A stretch of 64,000 nucleotides of DNA from an uncultured Methanosarcinaceae archaeon (GTDB lineage: Archaea > Halobacteriota > Methanosarcinia > Methanosarcinales > Methanosarcinaceae). Within the stretch, counting starts at the first letter, position 1. Every line of letters begins with the position of its first letter. The stretch spans positions 187,902 through 251,901 of the forward strand of contig CAWHXP010000005.1 in assembly GCA_963833425.1 (NCBI GenBank). The letters are read 5' to 3'. The notes beneath the pieces were generated by a model. It was not told where the DNA came from. It searched no databases and saw nothing but the letters and a program-made list of their open reading frames with translations. The translations under genes and the position numbers were made by a program. Of the stretch, positions 1-11,665 are shown one piece after another.

Positions 1-1340
1 TTATCAGATTGATGACAAAGAATATTCTTTCTGGATATCAACTGATCATTCAAGGATAGAAAATAATGATGAATCTAAAAAGTTGGTTTCAGGTCATATA
101 GGTCTTTCCTTTCTAGTCGATATCGCAGTAATCTGCCTTCCTAGGAGAATAATCATAAATGCATTATATATCTCCAATGAGCAACTAAAACTCTGGAAAT
201 GGATGTACGATGAAGGCTCATTAGAAAGGGCTTATGTTGAACAGATAGATTTGTTTTTTTTAGATACAGTCTGGGAAATGGACCATGAATCTGCTTTGCT
301 TAAAATACTTAGTAAAATCAGACCTTTAGAAAATGTCACTATTTCCATGAGTGGAGGGAAGGAATCCATTACTGCACTGAATCTTTTGAAAAACTATCCT
401 TCTCTGTCACTACTGTTTTTAGATTGTAATGATAAAAACTCATTTCATATGAGAAAAGCTTATGACTTGCTGAGAAAACATTTTAATAATTTCCAGAACA
501 ACACCAATATAAGCCATACTGGAATATTAGTGAATAAATATGAATGCAAATATTATGCTATGTCTTTAATAGGGCAGCTAGTTTTCATCAGTTTTCTGTA
601 TTCTGACAAGATAAATTATTTGATAATTGGGACTGAATATAGTTCAAATTTCGGAAATCCAGACGATAAAGGAATCACTCTTAACCATCAATTTGATAAA
701 CCAATTCAATTTGCGAAAAGAGTCAATGATGATCTAAAAAATTATTTTAATAGTGTTATAAATTATACATCGCCGTTTTTTGGTTTATATGAATATAGAA
801 TAGCTGAAATTTTTTTCTCTGATAATAATTATTTAGATATCTGGACAAGCTGCAATAACTCAAATTCAAAACGTAACTTTTGCTGCAAATGCCCGAAATG
901 TGCTTTTATATATATTATTTCTCTTCCTTTTGTAGAAAAATATATTTTAGATAAGTACTTTGTTGAAAATCCACTTGAAAATATATAATTATGCAAGCCG
1001 CTTATTGATATGCATTCCGATAACCCTATCGATTACGTGGGAGAAAAAAAGAATGTTGGGTAGCTCTTTATAAAATATTGGAGCAAAACAAATAAGTGAT
1101 TCCAATGTGATGCTGTATTATAAGAACGAAATCTTACCGAAAATATGGCAAGATTTGCAAAATATGGAATTAGAAGTCAAAACAGAACAATTTCAATTAA
1201 AGCATTTTCCGGATAAATTATTAAAATATATGCCAACTAGCTTTTTCGTTTCTGCCAGTCAGTTAACTGCACTAGGCTCAAACTTTACAATTTCGTCTTT
1301 GAAATCTATAAATGGAGATGATTCAAAAATTCAAAACTAG
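1..1340 (+). pseudogene. MurL-like PP-loop ATP-dependent epimerase homolog, disrupted; 5' end lies outside the window
   Basis: Motifs SGGKES, NHQFDK and WTSCN..FCCKCPKCAF. After the TAA at 986-988 the frame continues NPIDYVGEKK (cf. MurL KPFECVGE), then frameshifts at about 1050. Confidence 0.65.
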
Positions 1341-2286
1341 TCTTTAAATTTTCAAGTTCAGGATGATCGCTATAGCTTTATGATCACGGAAACTGTTCTG
1401 GAACTCTCATTGATACAAGAATAAAATTGGTTTTAGGATTAGCTCGTTAATTTACTTCTCAATTTCTCTTGCAATTGATAATGATTTAATTATATTCCAG
1501 CAATCTTACAATGAAAATAATTTAAATATTGAAAATATCATTATTATTCATATAAGAAATAAAATTCAATAACGCAAAAATCTGGGGAGTAGATATATGG
1601 AAATAAATCTAACCAAATAAAAAGGACTCTAGCTATTTTGCTGTGAGTGTTGCTTTTAGTAACAGCAATATCTACAGCAGTAAACACTAGAATTCTAAGT
1701 ACGATACAAATTATAGGTTGTTTCGATAAACATCAGATTTCAACAGGTTCTGTGTAGTTTTTGGGAGTTGAGTGTATTTTTTTAGCTAACGCCGAATCCA
1801 TAAAATTGTTTCTTTTCAGTGTAACTTTAGTTCGACTTAAACCATTTTTAACCAGTAATAACGCCTGAAGTCTCATTTGTTCATCCGAAAACCTTCAACA
1901 ATTTTGTAAAATGGAGATCTAAGCCTGAAACTTGAGTTCTATTATATTTTTTCTTGCTTCATCGTGTTTATTTAATTTTTTTAAATAAACATTATGAGTT
2001 GTTCAAGCTTCTAAATCTGCGGCTTTGTTTTGGGTCTTGCCAATCAGTTGTTGATATTTCATCCTTGAGTAATCTTACCAGCTTCATCCGTTTTTAAGTT
2101 TACCTTTGGACAGGACATTAGGTATAAAAAATAAGTATATGAGTATCCCAAAAAAATCTCAACCTGTTCTGACTAACCACCTTGGATGTAGCAATAAAGT
2201 TGCAGAAAATAAGTATCGAAGAATGATAACTAAGTATCCTAAAAAACGAGGCAAATGATTGAAAGTGTTTAGAACAAAAATTCAGA

Positions 2287-2397
2287 TGCCCGGAGCGTGA
2301 CTCGAACACGCGACCTCCAGATATCTCAGGAGATTAAAGACGCCTTAACCAAAAGTCCCTATGAGTCTGGCGCCCCAACCGACTAGGCTATCCGGGC
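2287..2397 (-). tRNA. tRNA-Met(CAT), elongator type, with a 37-nt intron (2323-2359) at position 37/38; CCA not encoded
   Basis: Reverse complement GCCCGGATAGCCTAG...CCAGA-CTCATA^intron^A-TCTGG...GTTCGAGTC...CCGGGCA. Canonical bulge-helix-bulge (CTCA/TGAG helix, 3-nt bulges). Confidence 0.95.
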
Positions 2398-2581
2398 TTT
2401 CAACACACAAATGTACGAAGCTATATTAAAGGATAGCGATTGGGAGTAATACAAAATTTTTATCAAATAGTTATTCTATGCTAATGCCCTGCAGCTTTCT
2501 GCGGAGATTGAAACCTTCCCAAAAATTGTTATTATTTAATGTATTTAGATGTTGCTCTACTTTTGCATTATAACATAGAAC

Positions 2582-2730
2582 GGTTCCGTTGCAAAAATAA
2601 TTTTACTGCCTTTTTAGGCTATAACTATTGCTTTTTGTATCATTATTGACCTGCTTATAGTATATAAATATCCCATTTGTAATGTTTTTCACTGGTTTTG
2701 TAAAATAGCCAAATTTTTTGCAACGGAACC
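2582..2730. mobile_element. 149-bp non-autonomous element (MITE) with IS6-type terminal inverted repeats (TIRs)
   Basis: GGTTCCGTTGCAAAAA ... TTTTTGCAACGGAACC; near-identical copy at 58892-59040. Confidence 0.9.
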
Positions 2731-2774
2731 TTATATTTTAATATTTGCATTATGGCTCTATCCTTCAAAATTTT

Positions 2775-2926
2775 TGTTCTGTTACAAAAATAATTTTAAG
2801 ATCTTTTTAGCTATAATTATTGTTTTTTGTGTATCATTATTGACCTGTTTACAGCATATAAATATCTCCCATTTGTGATGTTTTTAATTGATTTTGTAAA
2901 ATAGCCAGATTTTTTGCAACGGAACC
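2775..2926. mobile_element. Second, more diverged copy of the IS6-type MITE
   Basis: TGTTCTGTTACAAAAA ... TTTTTGCAACGGAACC; interior homologous to 2582-2730. Confidence 0.85.
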
Positions 2927-3168
2927 CTTTTTTATAAGTATGATTATTAAATAGCTTTCTATAGGCTCATTGTAATGTTTCATTTATTGATAATGTTTTG
3001 TATGACAGTATGAATAAAATAGATTCTAGAGTCTCTCAGGTGACTTAGTGGACATTATGGCAAAGTATTTTAGGATCGTATATTTGGTAGATTGTGATGG
3101 TAATCATGAAATGCTTATTCTAATTTTATAAAACAATATTAATATTTTTATAGAATAGTTTTGAAAAG

Positions 3169-4316
3169 TTATAGTCTTATAAACAACTTCATAAGAGTCG
3201 ATATAACTATAGCAAGCATAATCCAACCAATTAATCCTTCTAATGTAACCCATTTTCTAAAGTTGTCTCTTGCATGCCAATCTGTTGAGCCCAATCGAGT
3301 GAATGTATTAATACTAAAATATAGAGCATCCCAATAAGATAAAATTGACTTTTTTTCAACTGCGTCTGATAATCTGTAAATTCCGGACTCTTTAAAATAA
3401 ATATTTACAGGTTTCGCCTTATTTTTACTTTTGACAACAGATATGGTTGTATGTGGTCTATAGATGTAGGTAAAAGCTAATATAAAAAACCGTGAACAGT
3501 ATAAATTGTGTATGAAAGTTTTGTACCGTAGCCGCAGGTAACCCAACTCAGAATATCCGTCAATATTGAAAATAATAAACATTTATTTCTCATTAAGAAT
3601 GTTTGATCGTTAAAAAATGGATAGTTAAAAAGTGATGAGAATTTATCTTTCAATAAAAATATTCGCTAGTTATAGTAAATATCATCTGCTTCTGCATATA
3701 GTGCTCTGTTATTGTAATAATTCATGAAAATTTTGCAATTTTCTTCGCTAGTAACTATATTTTCAGATATTTTGGGTGCAATTAAGTAGGCATCTTTATT
3801 AAAAGTCGCCCAGCGGAAGTCAGCATCATTATTAAAAATTCCTTCATAGAAGTCGGCAGAGTTATTAAATATCGCATTTTGGAAGTTGGAATAATTATTA
3901 AATTTCGCCCAGAAGGTAGTTCGTTCGTTAAATCTTGCTCTTGAGAAATCGGCGTAGTTATTAAACTTCGCATTGATGAAGTCGGCAGAATTATTAAATA
4001 ACACATTTGAGAAATTAAGACTGTTATTAAAAATCGAATTTATGACTTTGATATTGCTTTCAATAAAACCTAGTTTTTTGTTTAAATGTGGGTTATGAAT
4101 TGATCTTATAAGAACGGTTTTAAGTGTTGTGTTGTTTACATTTAATTCTCCAATTATGCGGCAATCTGTAAGATTTACGTCTTCACCATTTTCTATGTGT
4201 TTTAAGATTTCGTCTGCTTTAACTTCTCTGTATTAGATAGCCTGAACGGTCGTGGACAATAAGAAAATTAATAAAATTAATAACAGAATACAAAAGACTA
4301 AAGATCTGGCTTTCAT
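3169..4316 (-). pseudogene. Signal peptide + pentapeptide-type repeats + two-TM ion-channel domain protein, fragmented
   Basis: MKARSLVFCILLL leader followed by an in-frame TAA; 11-aa FNNxADF repeats (3666-4004); C-terminal WDALYFSINTFTRLG..VTLEGLIGW pore-like motif. Confidence 0.8.
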
Positions 4317-4603
4317 TCTATCACTTGATTATAATCTCAAAACCATCATTTTTTATTTTTCTAAGGGTATTTGTACAAAATTTGGCTTTGTACAAAATCG
4401 TGTGATCCTTAACAATTTGGAAAGTTGATTTTTATCACTCAGAAAAATAGTATAGATAGGTAATAATTGTCGTCTTGCTATGCAAGAATGAAATTTTGCA
4501 ATGCTATCTTATTTATGTATTTTACAATATAATAATTTTGAATAATGTATAAATAAATATAAGACATATTTGTTTTTAATCTTGAATAATTATTATAATA
4601 ATC

Positions 4604-5458
4604 TGTTCCGTTGCAAAAACTTCAAAAAAATATGTAAATCTATAAGTAATTAATAAAAATCAAAATATTCAAGGAAAATGTACTAACATTATAAAGCTAT
4701 ACCAAATAATTGATTAATGTATTTGACTTCATTAAGAACAGAGTAATTTAGATTATTTACTTGTCCTTTTTTGATCATATTTATAGCTTCAATTCCTTTT
4801 AACGTCTTATTAGCAGATTTAAAAGACTGAAATCCTAACATTGGATTAACGATTCTCTTTATAGATCTGTGACCTTGTTCTATAATGTTATTCAAATACT
4901 TGATTTGTCGAATGCCTACGTTTTTAGGTAATATTTTATCATTTTTTAGTTTATCTATAGCAGGTGGATAAGCTAGATTCTTATCAACGGTTATTAATCT
5001 TGGAATTTGATTATGATTAGAACTTAAAGCTTTCTTAAAGAATCTCTTCGCAGCTTTTAGATTTCGTTTTGCACTTAACATGAAATCAATTGGATCTCCA
5101 TTTGAGTCAACTGCTCGGTAAAAATATTTCCATTTACCTTTTACTTTAATATAGGTTTCATCAACTCTCCACGAATAGTTTGTTAGTCTTAAATGTCTTC
5201 TTATCTTCTTTTCTATTTCAGGGGAATATTGATGTACTCATCTCATGATTGTTGTATGGTCGACTTTTACTCCCCTTTCTGCCATCATTTCCTTTAAATT
5301 TCTATAGCTCAATGGATATTTTAAGTACCATCTTACATTCAATAGGATAATTTCTCCTTCATAATGCTTTCATTTAAAGGAATTAGATAGCACATTAATA
5401 TCTTTGGTTTTCTTTTTATTCTATTGTATCATTAGAAAGGATTTTTTGCAACGGAACC
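4604..5458 (-). mobile_element. IS6-family insertion sequence (855 bp); transposase (about 5393 to 4689) inactivated
   Basis: TIRs TGTTCCGTTGCAAAAA / TTTTTGCAACGGAACC. DDE motifs WRVDETYIKVKG, ITVDKN, YLNNIIEQ. Two TGA stops where Trp is expected (FK*KH, MR*VH). Confidence 0.93.
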
Positions 5459-5990
5459 CTAAAATGGTAATGATACCTGCAGCTTGGTAGTTTATATGTT
5501 AGATAGTTCATTTACAATCTCTCCTGGTCAGACACATAACTACACTAAAACATTTTATTTTGGATCTATACTATAGTGTATTTATGAATCAAGGTACAAC
5601 ATATGAATATTATAAGAGATAAATTTTTTTGTATATGTCCGGTATCTTAATAACTTTAACTAATTGTTACTATATGTAGCCCTGATCCTACGAACCATGA
5701 TAACAACCTTTTGGAATTTTTCTATTTATGATCGTGGTTTAGGCTAATTAGTTCCAAGTGTTCCATGAGCTCCAACTGCTCTATAAGTCACATAAGTTCC
5801 ATGAATCATAGTCCTTTTCTTATTTAGTGTGGAACTTAGAAATGCAGAAATTTTAGCACAAAAACTATGCATGGAAAAAAACCTGAAAAAAAGACGAAAA
5901 AGGGAGATAAAACGGAATGTTCTTAAGAACCTCTGAAAATTCAAACAATTTGGTTGTCTTTAATAATGAGTTGATGTTTATCCAAAAAGT

Positions 5991-6085
5991 TACATATTGC
6001 TCTTTGCATCTCATTTCTTTCGCGGTGTAGTTTTGATTCTTTTGATGCAAGTAGGCTCAGAAAACGAGTGCATTTGAGCAAGGGG
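5991..6085 (-). repeat. Dispersed intergenic repeat; partner at about 43800-43908 in the opposite orientation
   Basis: Shared blocks TCAAATGCACTCGTTTTCT and AAATGAGATGCA. Confidence 0.6.
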
Positions 6086-6214
6086 TGAAAATACAAAATC
6101 ACTTACAGAATCTTATAAATAACTCTACTGATTATATAGGCATTCAAATATAAGTTATATTGTTAAACTATGAGGTGCATAGATATATAGTCGAGAAGAA
6201 TTGGAGAAAATATC

Positions 6215-6583
6215 ATGAACGAAGTAAACACGAAACAAATGTTTTCTGCTATTATGGGATTTCTTAAAAAAGAAAATTATGATGGTATACCAGAATTTCT
6301 CGATAAACTTCTAGAAGAGGGTAAACTAACAGTATCTATGTTGCATGACTTCCTGAATAATGAATACCCAAAGGTTCCGTGGAAAACGATAGTTGCGTTA
6401 GTAAGTATTGGCATTTGTGTTGGTGTACCCCTCATACGGGAAATGAAAAAAGTTGTATTTGTAGATGATCTCGCTGTCCTTTATATAGCTACTAAATTAA
6501 TTGGAGCGGACTTACGGAATTATAGAGCTTGGAAAGAGAGTCGGACTTACACAGTTGAACACGTTAAACTCTTAACTGTCTAA
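6215..6583 (+). CDS. YkvA/DUF1232-like small membrane protein
   Basis: YPKVPWKTIVAL...DDLAVL...DLRNYRAWK pattern; GGAGA RBS upstream. Confidence 0.65.
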   Translation: MNEVNTKQMFSAIMGFLKKENYDGIPEFLDKLLEEGKLTVSMLHDFLNNEYPKVPWKTIVALVSIGICVGVPLIREMKKVVFVDDLAVLYIATKLIGADLRNYRAWKESRTYTVEHVKLLTV

Positions 6584-6827
6584 TGCATAAATTTAATTTT
6601 GATGTCATAGTCCTTGATTTCGTTCGAATGTCCAAGAGCTTGCTGCGATGATAAAAAATTATCTAAGAATTATTATTGACTAACTGATTCATAGTTTTTA
6701 GCTACTTTTATAATGTAAATTGAACTGATGTATGTAAATCAAGGTTCTGTTATCATAGAAGAGCTCATTCACTGAAAGGGACTTAAAGTTTAGGTTCTTT
6801 TCATATTGAGAGGGAAAGTGGTGTTGT

Positions 6828-6919
6828 TTTATAATGTTAGTACATTTTCCTTGAATATTTTGATTTTTATTAATTACTTATAGATTTACATATTTTTTTG
6901 AATTTTTTGCAACGGAACC
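6828..6919 (+). mobile_element. Solo IS6 end (about 92 bp), inverted copy of 4604-4695
   Basis: Reverse complement of the transposase-3' end of the IS6 at 4604; terminates in TTTTTTGCAACGGAACC. Confidence 0.85.
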
Positions 6920-7212
6920 ACCTAAAAAGATGATTGATAGACTTTTTAATTTCGCCTCTGGTGCCTAAATTTTACCATTAATTGCACTAACAGTTGACTA
7001 GAATAAATTAAAAAAGAAGAAGAAAATAGAAAATCTCAAAATTGGAAATGCTAACTGTAATCAAAAATTTTATAAAATTACATGCTGAAAACACAGCACT
7101 AAAACAAAGATGAGAATGAGATAGAAGAATAAAAATATTTAGAGTAGACAATCTAAAGTGAAGTTCTTCAATAAGACATTCGAGTAGCATTATCTAAAGG
7201 TTGAAAAAAAAA

Positions 7213-7575
7213 TTAAGCAGAAGAAAGTTCTAAGATGGCTTCTGCCAGATTCCCGTTATACTTTATTAAGGCTTCAAGTGCCTCTTTTTCAGAAACACCA
7301 GTTTGTTCCATTACGAGCTTTATATCATCTGCGGGAATTTCCAGTTCTTTCGGGATTTCCTTTGCGTCACCTACAATCTGGTACGTTTCCGAGCCCTGAA
7401 CATTCATAATAGTGACATTTGCATTTTCTATAATGATATTTGAGTCTGCAGTCTTTATTATTACTTCCTGAACATCCTTGAGCTCTTTGACATTAATCCC
7501 CATCTGCTTCATCATTTGCTTCATTTTAGCCGGATTCATACCCCGGCCTCCCACTCCTCCTATTCCTGGAAACAT
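7213..7575 (-). CDS. nac: Nascent polypeptide-associated complex protein
   Basis: MNPAKMKQMMKQMGI NAC domain plus C-terminal UBA-like DIKLVMEQTGVS. Confidence 0.95.
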   Translation of the reverse strand: MFPGIGGVGGRGMNPAKMKQMMKQMGINVKELKDVQEVIIKTADSNIIIENANVTIMNVQGSETYQIVGDAKEIPKELEIPADDIKLVMEQTGVSEKEALEALIKYNGNLAEAILELSSA

Positions 7576-7655
7576 AGATTTGATTCTCCTTTATTGATAG
7601 TTTTTTTGCTCTTTAAGGTTCTAGTTCACATACTTCTTCATGCTGCTATTTACCA

Positions 7656-7976
7656 TTAATGACATCCTCCCCCACATGTACCGCATCCACCGGCTGCGGG
7701 GTTGCTAATAAGGAATCCTTTCCCATTTTCATCTTCAATGAAGTCAATGCTGCCATCAGAAAAGTTTTTTTCAATATCTTTTGCCATCACGAGTTTGATC
7801 CCATTACTTTCCATCGTTACGTCTTCTTCCTTTACTTCACCATCAAACGAAAGTCCATATTGAATTCCACCGCACGAGACCCCCGCAACAAATATCCGGA
7901 GGGCAATTTCGGGCTTGCCTTCCTGTTCAATCAGTATTTTAAGTTCTGAAGCAGCTTTATCTGTTATCACAATCAT
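7656..7976 (-). CDS. HesB/IscA family iron-sulfur cluster assembly accessory protein
   Basis: ITDKAA..LRIFV..SCGGIQYGL, GFLISNP, C-terminal CGTCGGGC. Confidence 0.9.
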   Translation of the reverse strand: MIVITDKAASELKILIEQEGKPEIALRIFVAGVSCGGIQYGLSFDGEVKEEDVTMESNGIKLVMAKDIEKNFSDGSIDFIEDENGKGFLISNPAAGGCGTCGGGCH

Positions 7977-8272
7977 TTATCCACCTCTTTTTTACTATGA
8001 AAGTTTTCTAAATGGATGCTTCTTTAATTTTGATACTATTCATCCGTTACAGCTTACAGATAATTTCCAAATGGTATATATTCTTGTATCTGACAATATA
8101 ACGTTTATTTCGAATTGGGTTTTAATTCTTCCGGAAAATACTTTTTCGAGGGAATATTTGAGAGAGCAGGACAATTATTTCTTCTGGCTAAATGCTATTA
8201 TTTTACTAATATACAAATCTACTATATATATAGTTCCCATACTTTTCCGGATAGTTTTCTACAAATTTTGAT

Positions 8273-9433
8273 TCACAGAAATTCGGCATCTTCATCCATA
8301 GGCTGTTCCAGGACTTCTGCGTTATAGGCATTTATTTCCAGAAAATTACGCTTTCCCCTTACTTCCCATATAGGGATATACACAAGCTCCATTTCGAGAT
8401 CTATATCTTCAGCTCTTGGACCAACGCTCCTATGTTCATATATGATTGCCTGCTCTTCCATATTGTTAAAGCGCATTTCACGTGTATTTTCCTCAATAAT
8501 TAAATCTAGAATGATCTTCTCAGCCTGTTTTCTATTAACATTCGGCCTTCTTAACTCATGCTGTACTGCGGGGATTCTTGTCGGCATCCTAAAACCTTCA
8601 ATTATCATCTCCTCCTTTGATTTATTTATAGCGTTAAGAAAACCTTTCCCTTTTCCAGCAATACTTAATACTTTTGATCGAAACCGTTTTTCCACCTCAA
8701 CATTATATATATATTTCCAAAAGGGTACAAATTTCAAAATTGCATCCTCAGGATTGCTGAGATAAGACTTTGCAATGTTTATCGCCTGATTTTTAGAAAA
8801 ATTTGGTTCCACTGATAGTATATTGAGCGTTCCACATGAATCAATTTTGGGAATTTCAACACGTTCTAATTTATTTAAATCATTAATTTCCTCATAAGCC
8901 CTTAGCGGAGATTTGACTTCAAAAAGAGTATTATCTGGCCTCGATGACTGGCTTTGGAGTGAGAATAGTTCTTCGCTAGAGTCAGATCCCTGCCTGTACG
9001 CATCTTCTGCCCAGCCTCCTGAATACAATTCAAAAGTTTTTGTGCTGGATGAATCCAGTATCTTATTTGTTGATGGTGCTTCTGGTCCAAAATGCGGATT
9101 CTTTGTTTTCCTTTCTATATTTAGGAGAACCATTCTTCCTATGTGAAGGGCCAAATCGTCTCTATCCCACAAATGGATTCCAATTTCATCTGCATAGTTA
9201 CGTAATTCTCCAGAAGTTTTCTGAGTCATCACATATATTCCTTTACAGCCTTCTAACTTTTCGTAAAAGGCTTTTACTTCTTCATGATCTGGCCTTGAGG
9301 TACATCTTACATGAGCTTGATGCCTATTTTTCTCCACAATGATATCACACCGACCGGATATCGTAACACTGTATCCGGACGACTTGAAGATATCCACAAG
9401 AATTTTTAAAAGTTCTTGCTCCATTATTCTCAC
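8273..9433 (-). CDS. Hypothetical protein with an N-terminal restriction-endonuclease-like (Mrr-type) domain
   Basis: Intact 386-aa ORF; FKSSGYSV..CDIIVEK..GIYV..YADEIGIHLWDRDDL pattern. Confidence 0.55.
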   Translation of the reverse strand: MRIMEQELLKILVDIFKSSGYSVTISGRCDIIVEKNRHQAHVRCTSRPDHEEVKAFYEKLEGCKGIYVMTQKTSGELRNYADEIGIHLWDRDDLALHIGRMVLLNIERKTKNPHFGPEAPSTNKILDSSSTKTFELYSGGWAEDAYRQGSDSSEELFSLQSQSSRPDNTLFEVKSPLRAYEEINDLNKLERVEIPKIDSCGTLNILSVEPNFSKNQAINIAKSYLSNPEDAILKFVPFWKYIYNVEVEKRFRSKVLSIAGKGKGFLNAINKSKEEMIIEGFRMPTRIPAVQHELRRPNVNRKQAEKIILDLIIEENTREMRFNNMEEQAIIYEHRSVGPRAEDIDLEMELVYIPIWEVRGKRNFLEINAYNAEVLEQPMDEDAEFL

Positions 9434-9483
9434 ACTCCTATATCCTGCACAGCTAAAATAGTTTATGTTTTACGCTTAATTAC

Positions 9484-9575
9484 AGAAGACTTTGAAAATC
9501 CTCTTAATTTTTTCATATGCTCATAAATTGCATAATGAATGACTCGCGAAAATCAGAAGTTTATCAAAATCCTCT
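9484..9575. mobile_element. About 90-bp MITE, family B (degenerate left end)
   Basis: Ends AAAATCAGAAGTTTATCAAAATCCTCT, identical to the 32599-32688 copy and matching the TIR of 49199-49288. Confidence 0.6.
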
Positions 9576-9685
9576 ATAATATTTTTATAGCCTATTTATA
9601 TGTCAAGTTTATCATTTTTAATACTTTTTTATTATTTTTCCAAGCATGCAACTATTTAAGAAATCAAATCATAAACAAGTAGATT

Positions 9686-11665
9686 ATGAGTGGAATCAAG
9701 CTTGAAGCAGACTCGTTCTCGACATATGATGAAGGAATAAAGAGAGAATGGATTATAGGAAATGGGCTTGGAGGGTATGCTTCCTCTACAGTTATTGGGG
9801 TAGGAACAAGAACTTACCACGGACTACTTGTAGCAGCTCCAGAAAATTTGCCAGGAAGGTTTTTGCTCCTCTCATCCCTAGATGAAGAAGTTTCTTCCAC
9901 TGAAGAAATATATCGGCTTGCAACTCATAAGTATCAGGATACTATTTTTCCAATGGGCTTCAATTATCTTTCCAAATTCGTTCTTGACCCGTTTCCACTC
10001 TGGGTTTATCAGTCAGACATTTTTACCGTGAAAAAAAGGGTATTCACGATTCATAACAGTAATACAATCTGTCTTCTCTATGATATAAATTCCAGAAAAG
10101 AGGGTACTTTGTTAAGAATTTTTCCTTTAGTAAACTCCAGAAATTTCCATCGCACTATTCGCTCAGGAGACCTCTCCTTTTCCCAAAAGGCTGACTCTAC
10201 AGGTGTGAAACTAGAATGCTCTAGCGGTTTTACTTTATCTCTTGCATCCAATCTTCAGTATCATCCTGATTCGAAGTGGTACTACAATTTTGTTTATGAC
10301 ACTGAAAAACAACGTAAATCCAACTTCCAGGAAGATAATTTCAATCCAGGCTATTTTGAAAGCAAAATCAAACTGGGAACGTCACGATTTTTTATTGCTG
10401 CTTCAACCAGAGATATTTCATGTTTCACTATCGAAAGAGTTGATGAACTTTATAGTAAAGAAACATCTCGACATAAGCTTCTCAATTTTAATTCAAAACT
10501 TAATGAAACCTTTGCCCTCAAGCTTCTTAGGGCAACTGACTCTTTTATAATAAAAAAACCTTACTCGGGTGAGAGCACAGTGATTGCGGGATATCACTGG
10601 TACGCTGATTGGGGGCGAGATACCATGATTTCTCTGCCTGGCCTACTATTAATTCCTCAACGCTATGATGAAGCCAAGCACATTCTCCAAAACTTTTCCA
10701 AAAATTGTAGAAAAGGCTTGATCCAGAACGCTTCTCTGACTCTTGGAGGAGAACCAATTTACAATACAGTGGACGCTTCTCTCTGGTTTATTCATGCCGT
10801 TGGATACTATTTCGCATATACAAAGGATTTCCTGCTTCTAGAGGATCTCTGGAATACCATAGATAGTATCATAGATAATTACCTTAACGGCACAGACTTT
10901 GGAATTGGCATGGATTCTGATTATCTAATTAGGCAAGGGCCTCAACTAACCTGGATGGATGCAAAAGTAGGAGAACAGCCAGTAACTCCAAGAGCAGGCA
11001 AAACGTGTGAAATCAATGCCCTCTGGTATAATGCTCTAAAAACCGCGTCCAATCTAGGAACTATTCTAGGCAAAAACATTTCTTTATATGAGGCTCTTGC
11101 ATCTGGGGTAGCTTCAAACTTTGAGAATTTTTTCTGGAACTTGGAAAATAACTGCCTTTTTGACCTCGTATATAAGGGCGAAGGAGGAAAACAGGTTAAA
11201 GATCCTGCTATCCGGCCGAATCAGATATTTGCTGTAGCACTTCCTTACACTATGCTTCCTTCTGAGAAAGAAAAAGATATTGTGGACAGAGTTAAAAAAG
11301 ATCTTTTGACCCCTTTTGGGCTCAGAACTCTTTCGAGTGATCATCCATCTTATATAGGACACTATTTCGGAGATTCAGTAACTAGAGATACAGCTTATCA
11401 TAATGGGACCGTCTGGCCTTGGCTCCTAGGCGCTTATGTGAAAGCTTACAGGAAAGTTCATAATTACTCAAAAAATAGTTTTGAAGAGATGCGGAATCTC
11501 CTACAGGGGTTTGAGATGCACCTTGAAATTGCAGGCGTCGGCACCATTTCCGAAGTTTTTGACGGTGACTATCCTCATTCTCCTGGTGGCTGCATTGCCC
11601 AAGCCTGGAGCGTTGCAGAGATTTTAAGGGCATATGTAGAGGATGTACTTGGGATTAAACCTTGA
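9686..11665 (+). CDS. Glycogen debranching enzyme (amylo-alpha-1,6-glucosidase)
   Basis: NGLGGYAS, AGYHWYADWGRDTMISLPG, TWMDAKV, YHNGTVWPWL, QAWSVAE. Confidence 0.95.
   Translation: MSGIKLEADSFSTYDEGIKREWIIGNGLGGYASSTVIGVGTRTYHGLLVAAPENLPGRFLLLSSLDEEVSSTEEIYRLATHKYQDTIFPMGFNYLSKFVLDPFPLWVYQSDIFTVKKRVFTIHNSNTICLLYDINSRKEGTLLRIFPLVNSRNFHRTIRSGDLSFSQKADSTGVKLECSSGFTLSLASNLQYHPDSKWYYNFVYDTEKQRKSNFQEDNFNPGYFESKIKLGTSRFFIAASTRDISCFTIERVDELYSKETSRHKLLNFNSKLNETFALKLLRATDSFIIKKPYSGESTVIAGYHWYADWGRDTMISLPGLLLIPQRYDEAKHILQNFSKNCRKGLIQNASLTLGGEPIYNTVDASLWFIHAVGYYFAYTKDFLLLEDLWNTIDSIIDNYLNGTDFGIGMDSDYLIRQGPQLTWMDAKVGEQPVTPRAGKTCEINALWYNALKTASNLGTILGKNISLYEALASGVASNFENFFWNLENNCLFDLVYKGEGGKQVKDPAIRPNQIFAVALPYTMLPSEKEKDIVDRVKKDLLTPFGLRTLSSDHPSYIGHYFGDSVTRDTAYHNGTVWPWLLGAYVKAYRKVHNYSKNSFEEMRNLLQGFEMHLEIAGVGTISEVFDGDYPHSPGGCIAQAWSVAEILRAYVEDVLGIKP

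Noticed and set aside
1850..2286. Integrase or att duplication next to the tRNA 3' end
   Set aside because: No integrase motif and no second copy of the tRNA 3' end seen in the window.
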